Below are positions 37,730 to 50,905 of a DNA stretch of 64,000 bases, piece after piece; position 1 is the stretch's first letter, and each line of letters starts with the position of its first letter. The stretch spans positions 496,001 through 560,000 of the forward strand of contig NC_047083.1 of the NCBI RefSeq assembly GCF_902459465.1. The letters run 5' to 3'. The stretch comes from Asterias rubens (lineage: Eukaryota). The notes under the pieces are model-generated. The model saw only the letters and a list, made by a program, of their open reading frames with translations. It searched no databases and was not told the origin of the DNA. A program made the position numbers and the translations under genes.

Positions 37730-38244
37730 CATGGCCTGTGCTGAAGTTGCTTATTCAACTCATCTCCAATGCGCATGATCAGACTGTCGTCCAAGATTGA
37801 CCCCCTGGGTTCCGGGGAACTAATCTTCTATACTAAAGGGAATTCCATGCACAGAGGCCTTTTCCCCTTTCACAACCCATAAACATCAACCACAAGCTAT
37901 CAAGTCACTTGGGTACAGTCATGTACATATCACACCACCATGGGTACCTGTGTGATATCGGGCGTGGTCCGAGAGAAAACATGTCTTCGCAACCTGCATC
38001 CCGTTCAGAACGCGATAAGACTCGCCCTGCTCGCGATAAACAAATACGTTGCAGAAAATAGCCCGTTATCTGGGCTATCTGTGGGTACTGCAGCGTACCC
38101 TAGCGAATCGGTGCGGCTTAACAAATAAGCGCAATGCACAAGGTGATACTAAAATGCACGCGATGACGGGAGGGGTTTTTATGCAGTGTCATTTTGCCCC
38201 CTTACTCTCTACTGGGGGGATTTGCCAATGTCGTGTGCTGGTGA

Positions 38245-38572
38245 TAAGGCATGATGGCTGACATCGTCGCTAGCTTCAACTTGTTGGAGGCTAGTAAGTG
38301 TCTGTTCAAGTGAATGTTTGCAAAGGATAACAGTTACAATTAAGGCCTGATGGCTGACATCGTCACTAGCTTTAACTTGTTGGAGGCTAGTGTCTGTTCA
38401 AGTGAATGTTTGCAAAGGATAACAGTTACAATTAAGGCCTGATGGCTGACATCGTCACTAGCTTTAACTTGTTGGAGGCTAGTGTCTGTTCAAGTGAATG
38501 TTTGCAAAGGATAACAGTTACAATTAAGGCCTGATGGCTGACATCGTCACTAGCTTTAACTTGTTGGAGGCT
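38245..38572. repeat. Tandem repeat with 92-bp unit, about 3.5 near-identical copies
   Basis: Units start at 38252, 38348, 38440 and 38532 (tgatggctgacatcgtc...); the first unit carries a 4-bp insertion. Confidence 0.95.
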
Positions 38573-40317
38573 CCAAATGTAGCATTTGCTGTCTAGTCTG
38601 GCACCCTATGTGCGCTCATGCGTTTTGGGGACCCAAAGTTTTTTCTATGTTTTCAATTCAATATTGGTTTATTTTATAAAAATACATCTCCAAGTAAAAA
38701 GTCACAACTGAATTTAGTTTACAAAATTTGGTTTACAAAAGTGGTATCTAAATATCACAGACAAGAGCTGTGGAAAGGAAATAATACAAATAGTAAACAT
38801 TATGTGTGCTAATGGCAAGGTTTGTATTGCACCACGTGATCGGAGAAATGGTAAACACATCTGGGTAACTTATAGACCTTTCTTTTGCAACGTCACAGCC
38901 CGAGTTTTTGCCAACCTAGGTTGGAAACCTATGGAAATCCATAAATGCAAAACAAAAACAGATCGCTACTGTTTGTAACAATGTTACACAAATATTCAAA
39001 CATTGTGTTAATTTTGTTGAAAACAAAACAAATATTTATGGGCGTATTTTAATTGATTGAAAAATTTCAGAAAATGTGGAACTTGGTTAAAACATCTGAT
39101 AATACGATATTCAGTGTTTTACAAATATTCGGCCGTCCATGCCAACCAAGGCGGTTTGTTTATCAACAAAAGAAAGATCTATAGCATCAACGTGGCTTAG
39201 CAAAAACTAATCTGAAAAGACTTGAGTAAACCTACTTTACAAAATGATGGACAACCCTGGAACATGCAGAGCGATTTGTCTTATACACGAGGAAAACAAT
39301 TCACATCGAACCCCTCTGGGAACGAGGTTGTGTATGATATACACGGGCGGTCTGTTTTTCATTTCCCACGTGTCCTCTGGGACGGTTATCGACATTCTAT
39401 ACAGGAAAACACTCTTCATTTTTGTTTTCCCACCCACAACTTGAAAAGAAAAGAAAAAAAGTTGGCAATCTGTCCAGCCGTCAATGGGAAAGGAGGAAGG
39501 AATTGTCTGTAGTTTTCGCTCTTTACCAAATTTGTTTTTAAAGTGACAGGGATATAAATAATTCCCGGACAGGTCCTGCAGTCCTCAGTGTAACTTATAA
39601 GAAAGTTGGCGTCACTTCAAGATGGAATATTCACGAGGAACAGTTAGCAGGAAAACATTCTTAAAAGTTTTCCATATCCATGGTCCAGTGACTAGACTGC
39701 AAGACTTGTCATCACAATGTTGTGGAGTCAAATCTTACTAAGCTATAGCCACGGGTTTCACAATGACTAGACTAAGTATTTGCGTCTAGTTACAGAATCA
39801 AAACTTCTTGATTTGTGCAAATCATTACCAAAGTTTGAATGAGAGAGATTGGCTGTTGCCAGCTTGGTGTTACTAGTATAAAGCTCAATGGAGGGCCTGT
39901 TAAATGTTAAATTGATTCATTGATACATATTTATATCAATTTTTATATCAGCGTTTTTCTTTGTTTGTTAGGGTTCTTGTTTGTTTGTCTGTTTGTTTGT
40001 CGATAATGCAGTTATTTTGTTTTTCTTTTTTAGCTGGGGCAACGGTTTAAGATTTTATACAGTTTATTAAACAAAGGAGCAAAATGTTTTCTTGGGTTGG
40101 AATGAAGGAACTCTGAGATCATTGTTGACTCATCGTCCCTTTAAAGCCCCCATTGAGTCATTTGCAATCACAGGCAGACAAACTCGACGAAGCGTCTAGA
40201 GTGGTTAGTCACGCTCCGTTACGTCCAAATGCCATAGAAAGGCCATGGTATAGAATCACTACAATTATGAAAAATAATAATAGAATTAAGGGTAACGGTA
40301 GAGTGGCATTAAAAACC

Positions 40318-41120
40318 CATAAAGGGGACGAGGTGGGGCGAACAGGAGGAGGGGGAATGATGAGAAAATTGATGAGGTGTGGAAAAGAGTAGATGGTGGA
40401 GGAGGAGGAGGATGGTTGGTGGATGAAGGGAGAGGTTTTGTGGATGTGTAAGATGAGGCGAGTGGAAGTTGTTTGAATGAGCAGCAGGTTGAAGTAGTGG
40501 ATGAGAAGGAGAAGATGGTGGGGCGAACAGGAAGAGAGGGAATGATGAGAAAATTGATGAGGTGTGGAGAAGAGGAGATGGTGGAGGAGGAGGAGGGTTG
40601 GTGGATGAAGGGAGAGGGTTTGTGGATGTATTATAAGAGGAGGCGAGTTGAAGTTGCTTGGATGAGCAGCAGGTTGAAGTAGTGGATGGGAAAGAGAAGT
40701 TGGGACGAACAGGAGGAGGGAATGATGACGAGATTGATGAGGTGTGGATGAGAGGAGATGGTGGATTGAGGGAGAGGGTTGGTGGATGAAGGGAGAGGGT
40801 TTGTGGATGTGTAAGAGGTGTGTGGAAGTTGTTTTTATGAGCAGCAGGTTGAAGGTGGATGAGAAAGAGAAGATGATGGATGAGGAGATTGACGAGGTGT
40901 GGAGGAAAAGAAAGATAAAGGAGGAGATCTTGTGGATGTAAGAGGAGGGATGGTGGTGGATGGAGGAGGAGGATTTGAAGATGCGTGGTAGGAGGGAGTG
41001 GAAGTTGTGGATGATGATGGTTGGATGTGCAGGTGATGGTGAATTGTATACAGGGAGGTGATGGATTTGGAAAGAGGATGGTGGATAGAGACTTGGTGGC
41101 ATGGAGGAGGCGAGTGAAGA
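40318..41120. repeat. Purine-rich (GGA/TGG) minisatellite, about 185-bp unit, decaying into low complexity
   Basis: gg(g/a)cgaacagg...gaatgatga...gatgaggtgtgga starts at about 40335, 40520 and 40702. Confidence 0.85.
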
Positions 41121-41479
41121 TGAGATAACAATTATGATGTGCTCATGGCAATGGGTGGGTTTGTATCCACGTTCAAACCGGGGACCTAGAACAAAAGGAA
41201 CATAGGGTCTATGTTTGCTATCACAAAGGAAAACAAGGGGGTACACCATTGCTATCACAAAGAGTTGAACAGAGTCCACGATTGCAGGTGTATACACACT
41301 TGTGTGTGGGGGGGGGGCTTTCGTATTCTCTGAAGATCTTTGTCTCTCGATAGTAAAAAAAAAACCTGAGAGGCAAAATTAAGGAACCTCCAAATTGTTA
41401 CAATTAAAGGAAGACATAACTCAAGTCACTCATCAGCAAGGCTCAGACACCTTTATCAACATTAATACCGAGTACAACA

Positions 41480-41550
41480 ATATCAATGACAATGACAATG
41501 ACAATTACAATGTGATGACAATGACAATTACAATGTGATGACAATGACAA
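41480..41550. repeat. (GACAAT)n-based simple repeat
   Basis: aatgacaatgacaatgacaattacaatgtgat repeated. Confidence 0.8.
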
Positions 41551-43562
41551 CGAAATTTGTCCCGTAAGAAATCAACAACGATGACTTGAGATTACCCTTC
41601 TCTAAAATGCAAACAACTTAAACAACTCTTGCACTTGAGGGTTCAATCATTAACCACTGTGCACTACTGACCCCAAAACAAGAAACCAAACGAACAGCCT
41701 ACCCCCCCCCCTTCTATAATAAGATGATCATTTCAATCGCACTATAATTACATTTGGCAACTGATACAGAGGCCTAACTTCTCCCCCTCTCTTGTCTCCT
41801 TAACTACCTCCAGATTTCTAAGAGGGATCAAAGCCAGATCATTTAGGCCAATCCAATTCCCCGGATTGAATCGGGCTAATCCCGATGAGGGACCCCCATT
41901 GCCGGGGTTTATGGAGCTTTCTATCCGCTAGATACCTGATGTGATTTCAGCTCTGTATGGACGGTCGACATGAGTTACACGAATTGGGAAACCATGCTAC
42001 ATGCCCCTCAGGGTCTGCGTCGATACAGAGTGTGGGTAGTAGACAGAGCTAAAAGATAAATGAGTATGATTTATTAAAGATGTAGTTTGATATTGTAGAT
42101 AAGGCTGCAAAGTCTACGTTAACATACTGTTGCTTGACATCTAGCGCAAGACGCACCTAGGGAAAATAAAACGACCGAAAACGCTTGACAAAAAAATATT
42201 AAAATATAACCGGTTTAAGTAGTTTTATGTTGTTTCCATTTTGCCTATGTGAAACACATTTTGCTGATCTTGTTTTCCTTGTTAAAGATATTTTGAAAAA
42301 ATAATAATAAACGCATCAAAATGTTTACGGGATTGGAACCCGTCTGTAAGAGCCGAGCAAAAATAAGGCATTTTAGGACCTTCTTTAAGAAGATAATGAC
42401 GAGGGAAAGCACAACTTCAGCTTCCTTCCTTAAAAAGAACGTCACTGCATATTTATAAAAAGTTAACCGCAAGCAAAAAATGATACCCTAAAATAAAAAA
42501 TACCAAAATGAATCGTGAATCATAAAATTATGAATCATCCTGAACACATTAAGAATCAAACTATGTTTCTTCAAGAGTTTACAAGGGATGGTCAACTGTT
42601 TAAACTATTTTTACAGCCAGGTTATTTCATGTAGGCAAAACACTGTCTACGACTATTTTGCAGCTAAACGTGAAAAATACTTTTTTGTATTTTTTTTCTT
42701 TTTTGAACCTTCAAGAAAGACTCTGACGTCAGGCCATCAACTATTTTTTTGCATTTATACCATAGGTCCTTGTGGTTAGTAAGCAGTTTACAACAGCTAA
42801 TTCTAGTTTCCCATACCTTTAAATTCTAATAATTTAACAACCAGTTTTGCTGGTGAGTGTACGCCCTTCCTCCTTTGTAAATTGAGGCATTGATAAGCAG
42901 CAAGCTGCCCCGTGCACAGGTCCCCGGTTTAGCCGCGTTAAATCAGGCTTGAATGGCGTGGTCACCTTATGGGATAGTTTAGCAAACCTTTTACCCTGGT
43001 TCTTTCCTGTAGTAATAATTGACATTATTGAATGAATATGGGAGGGATATTAGGCGATCCGTTTCTGTTTCTTAATAGTAGTTTAAAGGTAACAGTTACC
43101 TTTTGGATTGTTGAACCATTTGATTCGTTTTAATCCTATACAAATGTAGATAGTATATACAATAAAACTAACCTTGAAAATTTCATTTCAAAATCTAATT
43201 TCGTTTTAGAGATCGCCTTAAATTCCGGAGCGGTTATGTCCATGCAGGAAGAATAGTCCATAATTGGAATACACAATCGGTATACTATCGGTAACGCTTC
43301 TATTATTCAAATTAACGGCATCAAAACTTCAATTATATTTGTCCAACCACATTACTTCCAAGTTAAATTATTTTCAAAATGTTGTTATCGAAAGCTGTGC
43401 TGACTTCTAACCGAGTAAGATTTGACTGCCTTTAATATTTTAAGAGTGATTACCAAACATACTTTCACTTTACGGGTTAGACCAAATGACTTTGTTCAAT
43501 GAACCTCCCTTTAACGCCGTGTGTGAAACACAGGGTGATCAGCCTTAAAGTTAAAATTTGAA

Positions 43563-43710
43563 TTTAGATCATGCATATGCATGAAATATCTCTTCTGTTT
43601 ATGTAAATTTAGTTGAATATTCATTACCCACATACAAGAAGCATTTTAGATCATGCATATGCAAGATATATCTCTTCTGTTTATGTAAATTTAGTTGAAT
43701 ATTCATTACC
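43563..43710. repeat. Direct duplication of about 66 bp (period 82)
   Basis: tttagatcatgcatatgca...gttgaatattcattacc at 43563 and 43645. Confidence 0.9.
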
Positions 43711-46159
43711 AAGATCCAAAAAGCGTTTTGTAATAGTATCATATAGCATGAAGTGTGGCTTTTCTACTTGTGAATACACTATTGCGAAATTAAATTTAAA
43801 AAAACCTAATAATCGAAGATGTGAATAATTAAAGGTAGTTTTCAAAAGAAACTGAATCTCAGGTTCTTTTTAGACCAGTCCGTTTTTCCGAGACACTTTT
43901 TGTTGTCATGTATTATTACTTCAATTCAATTGATTTATTGTTGAATATTAACTGAAATAGTTCCTAGTTGGATTGCTATCATGAAGTCATCCAGAGTCAA
44001 ATACTTCCCAAGTACTTCCGGGCTTCCGGTTATATAGGAAGAAAGTATAGACCAGAAGCTGATATACCAATAGTTTCTTTTTAACAATAATAGGAAAATC
44101 CGCACAATGTGGACTTAGCATTACATATTTTTCTCATTGTTTCATCTTCATTCGTGAACAATTAATAAAAAGAAGACAACAAGAATAAACACATTATTAT
44201 AACAAGCTTTGTTCTACGCAATTTTTGTCAAACTGAAATAAAATTTCAAAAACTTGAACGCGATTAAGTCAGATCCTGCGATCATTACACAAGTCTAACT
44301 AGCATTTATTTCCTTTTTGCAGGCGATGTTTTAATTGGAAATCCACTAATCATAAAAAACATCTAACCTCCAATTTTAGATGTCTGTGTTATGTATATTG
44401 TAGTATATAAATGTTTACCTTTTAACGAGCAAGGTCTGTGAGGGCACATCTTTTTTGATGACAGTTTTTATAAATAAAACATCAGTCAAGAAGTAAATCA
44501 AACAAAGAAATAAAGAACTCTTTCCGCTCACAAATAAATAAATAAACAAATCAAAATCAATCCCCGCTCCCAGCCCTCAAGTTACGCCTCTCTCTCAGTC
44601 TCATATCACATCTGTATACAATAATATACTTTACCATTTGATCAGCCATGCAGTTTATTACGCTTATATAATCATCGAATTAACCCAAACTCAATTACTC
44701 AAAGCAGTCGGCTGTAATTTGTGGTGGCATTTATTGAGGGCGTTTAGCGACAGTCTTGGCAAGAGAAAAAGGAGCTGTGCTGGGAATCCTAAAGTGAATA
44801 ATGAACGGACTCAATTGGAATCTAGAATTGGTCTTGAGGTTTTGATTAGAGGAATGGTATCATCAGTAGAGCTTTAATGAGTCTGTATTATATTCAATTG
44901 ACTCACGTGTTTATTGAAATAAATGCAACATGTCGGGTAACCAAACTACTCTAACAATATAATTACATTACTTCGTTAACTTTAATGATACATGAAGATT
45001 GTTTTATTGACTTTAAAAAGACATTGAATGTGACATGATGCCACTTGTTTTGTCAATAAAACTAAATTACCGATTAAATGATTTAACTGGTGCACGCGCT
45101 CAGTGATTAAAACCCACTACGGCATTGTTAGAATGTAATTGAGTTGTCTTATTACGCCATATTGATCCAAGGTACTAAACTACGTCAGAACGAAAATTGT
45201 TTTGTTAATAACATTACTCTTTGATTGATTCTGATTGGGGTAAATTATAGCAGGCTAAACAAACCTCCACGTTTTACTCAATATTGTTCCAGTTTATCAA
45301 CTTATTTGTTTCATTACGTACATTTAATATGCAAACTTTGAGCTTGTCTCGTCTTGTCGGAAAAACAACTCATAAAATCATAGGTCCAAATGTTATTTGT
45401 TCCGTTCGAACCAATGATAAAGCATTATTACAATTTTCGTTATCGTTTCAACTTAACGTCAAATATTTAATGAAAATATTTGACAACAGATGTTTATTTT
45501 ACTCTAATTAATTATTCCTTTGTTGAATAATTGCTTTTCTTTCGCCATTAAACTTTCACATGTTGACGCCATCATTGTTTGTGAGAAAACAAGTAGAAGT
45601 CGTCGTTTATTTTCCTTCCTTTTCTTAATCAGTAAAATTACCAGAAACGTCTGATAAAATAAATGCATTCTGGATTTTAAAAAGAAGAAACCACACATGT
45701 TGCAAATTACTCCACACGTCTATTGCGGTTCCATTGTCTCGACGTAAACAAAGTGCATTATTTATTTATTTTAAGTAACAAAATTACAAATTTTGTCTGC
45801 AATATTTATGTTTGTTGCAGAATGTTTGTGAGTTTTCTGCGCAAAGATGTCAGATCTCAAGATGAAACTGTTGTTTTTCTTAAAAGTGCCGGTAAACACA
45901 CGAATATGAGCATTTTGTTCAACAGCTTATAAACTGCTTCCCGTGTCTAACTCTTAAACTGAGCTGAGATGCAATATCAATTTATCAACTATGTTGTCTT
46001 GCGTTTTCTTTTTGGATGTTTATTTTTAAATAATTGCATTAATTTTTGCATCAATTAAAACACTTTAAATTAGCTGTGAAGGCCAGACTTACTACATGTC
46101 TCAATATTTTTCTCTACAACAAACAATTGAAAGAAAACAAGGTGATTGTGTGGTCTTAC

Positions 46160-46391
46160 CGGGCGATGGTGACTCCCCGCTACCGTTGCGGCCTCGGGCA
46201 CCCCCGTTACCGAGAATCCCGTCGATTGAGTGTGGCATACCGTAGCCAGGCCTGCAAGGCCCGCCGGCCAACGCGTTGGCGAGCCCCGTCGCCGTCTGCT
46301 GCGAGTGGTGCATACTCGGCTCCTCGGACAAGCCGGCGAAAGAGGATTTATGCAGACTTGACATATCCTCCGAAGTGTTAAAAATCATCAT
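46160..46391 (-). CDS. alx1: alx1 first coding exon (MMIFNTSEDMSSLHK...HSIDGILG...ESPSP) with octapeptide/eh1 motif
   Basis: GC-rich ORF ending at donor CCCG|GTAAGA (46160/46159) in phase 1, matching the phase-1 acceptor of exon 2 (G+AT = Asp). The start codon could be 46391, 46388 or 46364. Confidence 0.8.
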
Positions 46392-47039
46392 CACTGAAGC
46401 TGATTGTGTAACTAGGTTTTTAAAACCACGTTGGGAAAAATGAAATCTGCTTAGGCGCTTTGAAGAATCTTAAAACACACCAGAGAAAATTCAGCAGAGT
46501 TTGAGATGACAATGTCTTGGGTTGCTTCTTAGCATTGAGTAGAGGGTGATCTCAGATGGTTATTGGGTACACGATACACTGCTAAGCATCTTCTCATCAG
46601 GTGTATCACACACAGAGAGAACAACACAATCCAGGCTCTCCGATCACACGCTGTGCAGGCTTCGTCTTGTGTCCTACTTCTTTATCCACTACCGAGCTGA
46701 AGTTGTAAAATAGTGCAGACGGTGTTTCACTATACTGCGTAAACCACGTTGTCAAAGCGGTACCCTGGTTCAAACCAAAGCTAGGCCAGCTGGCAGGCTA
46801 GGTCAGGAGCTCGCTGTCGGGTCTTGTTTAGTCCTCAGCTGACGCAAAACACTGAAGCAGATTTTCAAGCCTGGCGGTGGAGTTTAAGGGAATCAGGTAG
46901 CACTGATAACTTTGCAAGATCTGCTCTACACAGCGAAGTCCCAAGCGGGTTTGGTTATACCATACGCAACACACGTATCCCTAAAAACAGGAATAGTGCC
47001 ATTACACACTGTGGAGTAGTACGTAGTAGCCGCGCGTCT

Positions 47040-47110
47040 GTACTCCACGCATGCGTGAGAAAGTTGGAATGATTTGCATATTTAGTGGACTGGCAGTGGG
47101 CCAATGGGCT
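47040..47110. promoter_or_regulatory. Candidate proximal promoter of alx1
   Basis: CpG-rich block about 650 bp upstream of the ATG with palindrome CACGCATGCGTG (47046-47057), octamer ATTTGCAT (47072-47079) and CCAAT (47101-47105). TSS not determinable from sequence. Confidence 0.35.
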
Positions 47111-50100
47111 GAAGCGATAGAGACGGCGTGTGTCCATGTATCGTGTGTGGGTTGTTATGCTTTCATGTAGCCGCCTTTACTGGTTTAGTGCATTCCCTCG
47201 AGAATGTCCCATGGTGATTCCTATGAACTTTAAATTAGATTTGCTGTTATGATTCAGCCTCAAGCTTTTCTATCTGATACAGTAGTGTGGATTGGATGTA
47301 CAGTATACAGTCAGTGGACAAGAGTATAAAACACACTGTTATTAAAGAGTGTAACAGGCCAAGAAAAATCACAACAAACAGAGAATTAATGTCGTTGTCT
47401 TAAGGTTGCGGTATCCAACCAGCAATTTATGACAAATAAATAACAGAGCTGAGGAAAACAATGTCTTTCAACCGACGCACCATCACAACAAGATACTTCA
47501 TTAAACAAAACTACAAAGTCATTTTTCTTTGAAAGCCAGACTAAAGTTGATGGACCCTTTGGCGAAAACAGTAGCCAATTTGAACTGAGGTTGCACTTTA
47601 CTGGTCATACCCCTGGGGACAAGGGGGCATGGTCTCCATTCATGTAGTGCAAAACGTGATGACGTACATGTTAACTGTGCAGAACAAAGAACTGAAAAGT
47701 ATTGCTTTTAAAAAGGAAAAGGGGTATTATTATTTTTTTTCTTTTTAGTTTATTTTTATGCTTTGCTCTGCTTCAATTTCTTTCTCACCACAAATCGTAG
47801 CTTTTCGTCGTAAAAACCCTGAAGCAACTTTTACATTTTACTATTTATTTGACAGGCGACTGATATTTGTTATTCAAAGAAACGGTCTTTACAAACTAAA
47901 ACGCATTGTTCTAAAGTGTGAAAAGGTATTTGTACTTTTTTCTTTTGACTGATTTTCATGGAATAAATCATTGGAGGTAATTTGTTTGTTTGTTGATACA
48001 CCTGTTGTCTAGGTGTAGTCAGACGGAAAGTCTGTCTTTAGTTGTCCTTTCTATACGTTCCACCTGTCCATCGCTTTGTCATTAAGTCTAGAGATCTATT
48101 TCCCGGGTGTGCACTTTTAACTTTTTGTGTCTGCTTTCAAAATGCTAAATGCACACCGTTTCAGTCCGTGCGTCACAATGCGAAAGAACAACAGATAATG
48201 TTGTTCAGGAACAAATCTGAGAAAATTACAGCATCAAACTGAAGGGGGTAATTAAAAATTGCATTTTAGACAAAAACACTTCTTCTTTATATTGTTTTTG
48301 TTTAGTGACGAATACTGCATCGTTTTTAAGTCAGACAGATCTTTGAATCACACCACATGAAGCCAAAACGTTTCTAAAACTGTCACAACTCATTATTTAA
48401 CAACACCAAACTCCAACCCTAAGAACTTGAAATGTATATATACAAACCAACAACACAAGAGTAAACAACCTATGCAGTTAGCCTCATACCAAGCTATTAT
48501 GTATAATTCAAATTAAATCAAACTTACGACCAGACAGAAGTAAAATTTACTCATAAAATGTTTGCCCTTGACATCTTCTCCATAGCTAAAGATCTTAGGA
48601 CCTGGATTCCACACCACAAAATACCAATAGTAAAAACAATCACTCTCGCATTTAGCGACTATATACTCCTGTACGATGCCATGAGCACCAAATTCAGCCG
48701 TAGAACGCTCGGGTTTACCAGCGGGGAGTCCGGGTACCAATAATTGAATTCATTAGTAAATAACACCGAATGATCGAGTTGAATAAGACTTTAATAAATC
48801 CAATTAGTGTTTCTTGGGGGCTCTGAGCCTTGTGTCTTGCCTTCCACTCTATCCTTTCTATATTTGAGTTGAAGTGAAACAGTTTAGCTTGAGGAGCGCA
48901 TGGGCCTGGGGGAGTTTAACTGACACGTCATAATATGACGACCAAGGTTTGTCTTTGTGGATGCGGATTGCTTAAAGGGATGGGTACAATTATTGAACAT
49001 AAAGCGGGGTTTTGTTTATCAAGATGTGGATCATACAGTGACAGGTCAAAGGTCAACGCTTATTATGATTCAGTATTTACAGTGAAAATATACATATTTA
49101 AGAAATTCGATGTAAGTATCTACAAATGAACCAGATTGAGCAAGGTCTGGGAGGGAGGGCACATCTTTATTGATGACAGTTTTTGACTTTTGCTCTTTCC
49201 TGGACGGCATCTGCTTGTTGTATTAAAATAATTTTTAAAAAAATTAAGGAAAATAAATGATTAGAGAACTAAACACATCCTCTGTTACAATTTATCTGAA
49301 TAATATGTCTAAGAATTTGAGAGTGAATTACCACTATGAGCTAAGCCAAATATACTGCTAAGCACAAATAAGCAGAAAGGAAAGTTGTCACAAACTATGT
49401 AGCCCTATATACGGTACTTTGACTGGCTACCCCTTTCTGCTACGATGTTTTCGTTTGCACTTAGCTGATTTGTTGTGCTTTTAGGAGCTCGATAAAATCG
49501 CCCCTGCAGTTCCTTTCCTTTACCCCAAACGAAATTCCATTCACGTAATCTTTCATCTGTGAGATTTACAACGTCGGTAAACAAAAATGTGTAGATATCT
49601 TCTTATAAGAGTGCTTCTTATAATATAGGAGGGGTATGTTAGAATCATTAAGATTGAAGTATGGTTGCACTACGACCCCATGAGAACTTGGTTAAAGGGT
49701 TGGAAATTAACCTAATACACGATGAATTAACCACAGATTGGTACTTAAGATTATCAAAAGGCAATCTGGAAAATGAGGAATGGTTTGCAAGATGCGTAAG
49801 AATGTTGTAGCTTTTTTTTTTTTTTTTTCAGGTACCCTAATTGCCTGATTTCACAGGTTCATTTTTACGATGGGTTTAGGTTTCTACAAACAGGAAAGAA
49901 GTAAAAGCAATGGTCAAGTGAAAATGTACTCGATTTTAAAACGCAAAATTATAAGTTTGTGCATACAAACGTGTAAAAACGCTGAGTGTGTTTGTGTGTG
50001 TTGGGGGGGGGGTGTAGGGAGTGATGGTTGGGGAACTTTTACTTTCGATTCGTGATCTGTTTTTCTCGTTTTTCTTTCTCCGTGTTCGATCGTCGCAGTT

Positions 50101-50844
50101 GGGTCTTTGCAAGGGGCTTGTGCCGAGGCCAGGGCCACATCGGATCGGTCAGGTACCGTCAACATTTCCAGCGTGAGAAAAAATAACCCCTCACGCACCA
50201 TCAGCCAAATGTAACACTTTTTTGTTAATAGCATGTTTGTAAATCTGACATGGGTTGTAATTGGGAATGAAGGTCGTTTATCGTATATTCGAAAGACCTC
50301 TGTGCTCAGAGCTGAACTGAAGAGGTGGGGGGGGGGGGGGTAGGGTGCTGGAAAAAAGGCACATTTTTAAAATAAGACAAATAGCTCTTGATTTTCCTTT
50401 TGATTGGAATTGGATAGATTGTGAGATGGGAATCAAGTAGAATCGCTTATGAATGCAACATGTAGATCGCTACTTTGGTTTACAAAGTAAAAATATTGAT
50501 TGAGCGGTTTAATTTGGGAGTGAAGTTACATCCAGGTGGATCTCACGAGCACTTAACTCTGACTGCGTGTAGCTACGTCTGTAGAACTTACGATTCAATA
50601 CGATTCAGAGAAAGTTGAAGCTAAGCTTAACCACTGCGACATTTGCGGTGTGGGTTTGAATCATAGCAAGCTAACTACTGATTTTACAATGACTATTAGA
50701 ATAAGTATTGTTGTCTAACTACTGATATACCAATTACATGATTTGTACAATTCTCAATCATTGTTAAACCAGTGTTTGTATGAGAGAAATTGGCTGTTGC
50801 GAGGCTGTTGCGAGCCTGGTGTTCCTATACCCCTTGTGACCATC

Positions 50845-50905
50845 TAAGCAAGCAAGCAAACAAACAAACAAACAAACAAACAACCCAACAAACAAACAAA
50901 CAAAC
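50845..50905. repeat. (CAAG)n/(CAAA)n microsatellite
   Basis: Direct reading of the sequence. Confidence 0.9.

Larger units (their letters stand above)
44..46391 (-). other. alx1: alx1 gene model, coding span of 4 exons (442 aa long / 385 aa short isoform)
   Basis: Exons of 232+365+303+429 = 1329 nt splice in frame (intron phases 1,0,0) with GT-AG sites. Product has a Q50 PRD homeodomain, the VEGAMLRICRNLQNLRREFD Domain 2 motif that distinguishes echinoderm Alx1 from Alx4, and an OAR motif. Confidence 0.88.

Noticed and set aside
38245-38572. Regularly spaced repeats as a CRISPR array
   Set aside because: The units are contiguous with no unique spacers, the context is a eukaryotic intron, and there are no cas genes.
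40209-41297. Longest ORF in the window (362 aa, H/S/P/I-rich)
   Set aside because: Artefact of a strand-biased purine-rich minisatellite that lacks stop codons on one strand; no splice support or domain.
44-46391. Calling the gene alx4/calx or arx
   Set aside because: The in-frame Domain 2 motif and the ...GMMNGYS C-terminus match echinoderm Alx1; Alx4 lacks Domain 2. No second homeobox is present in the window.
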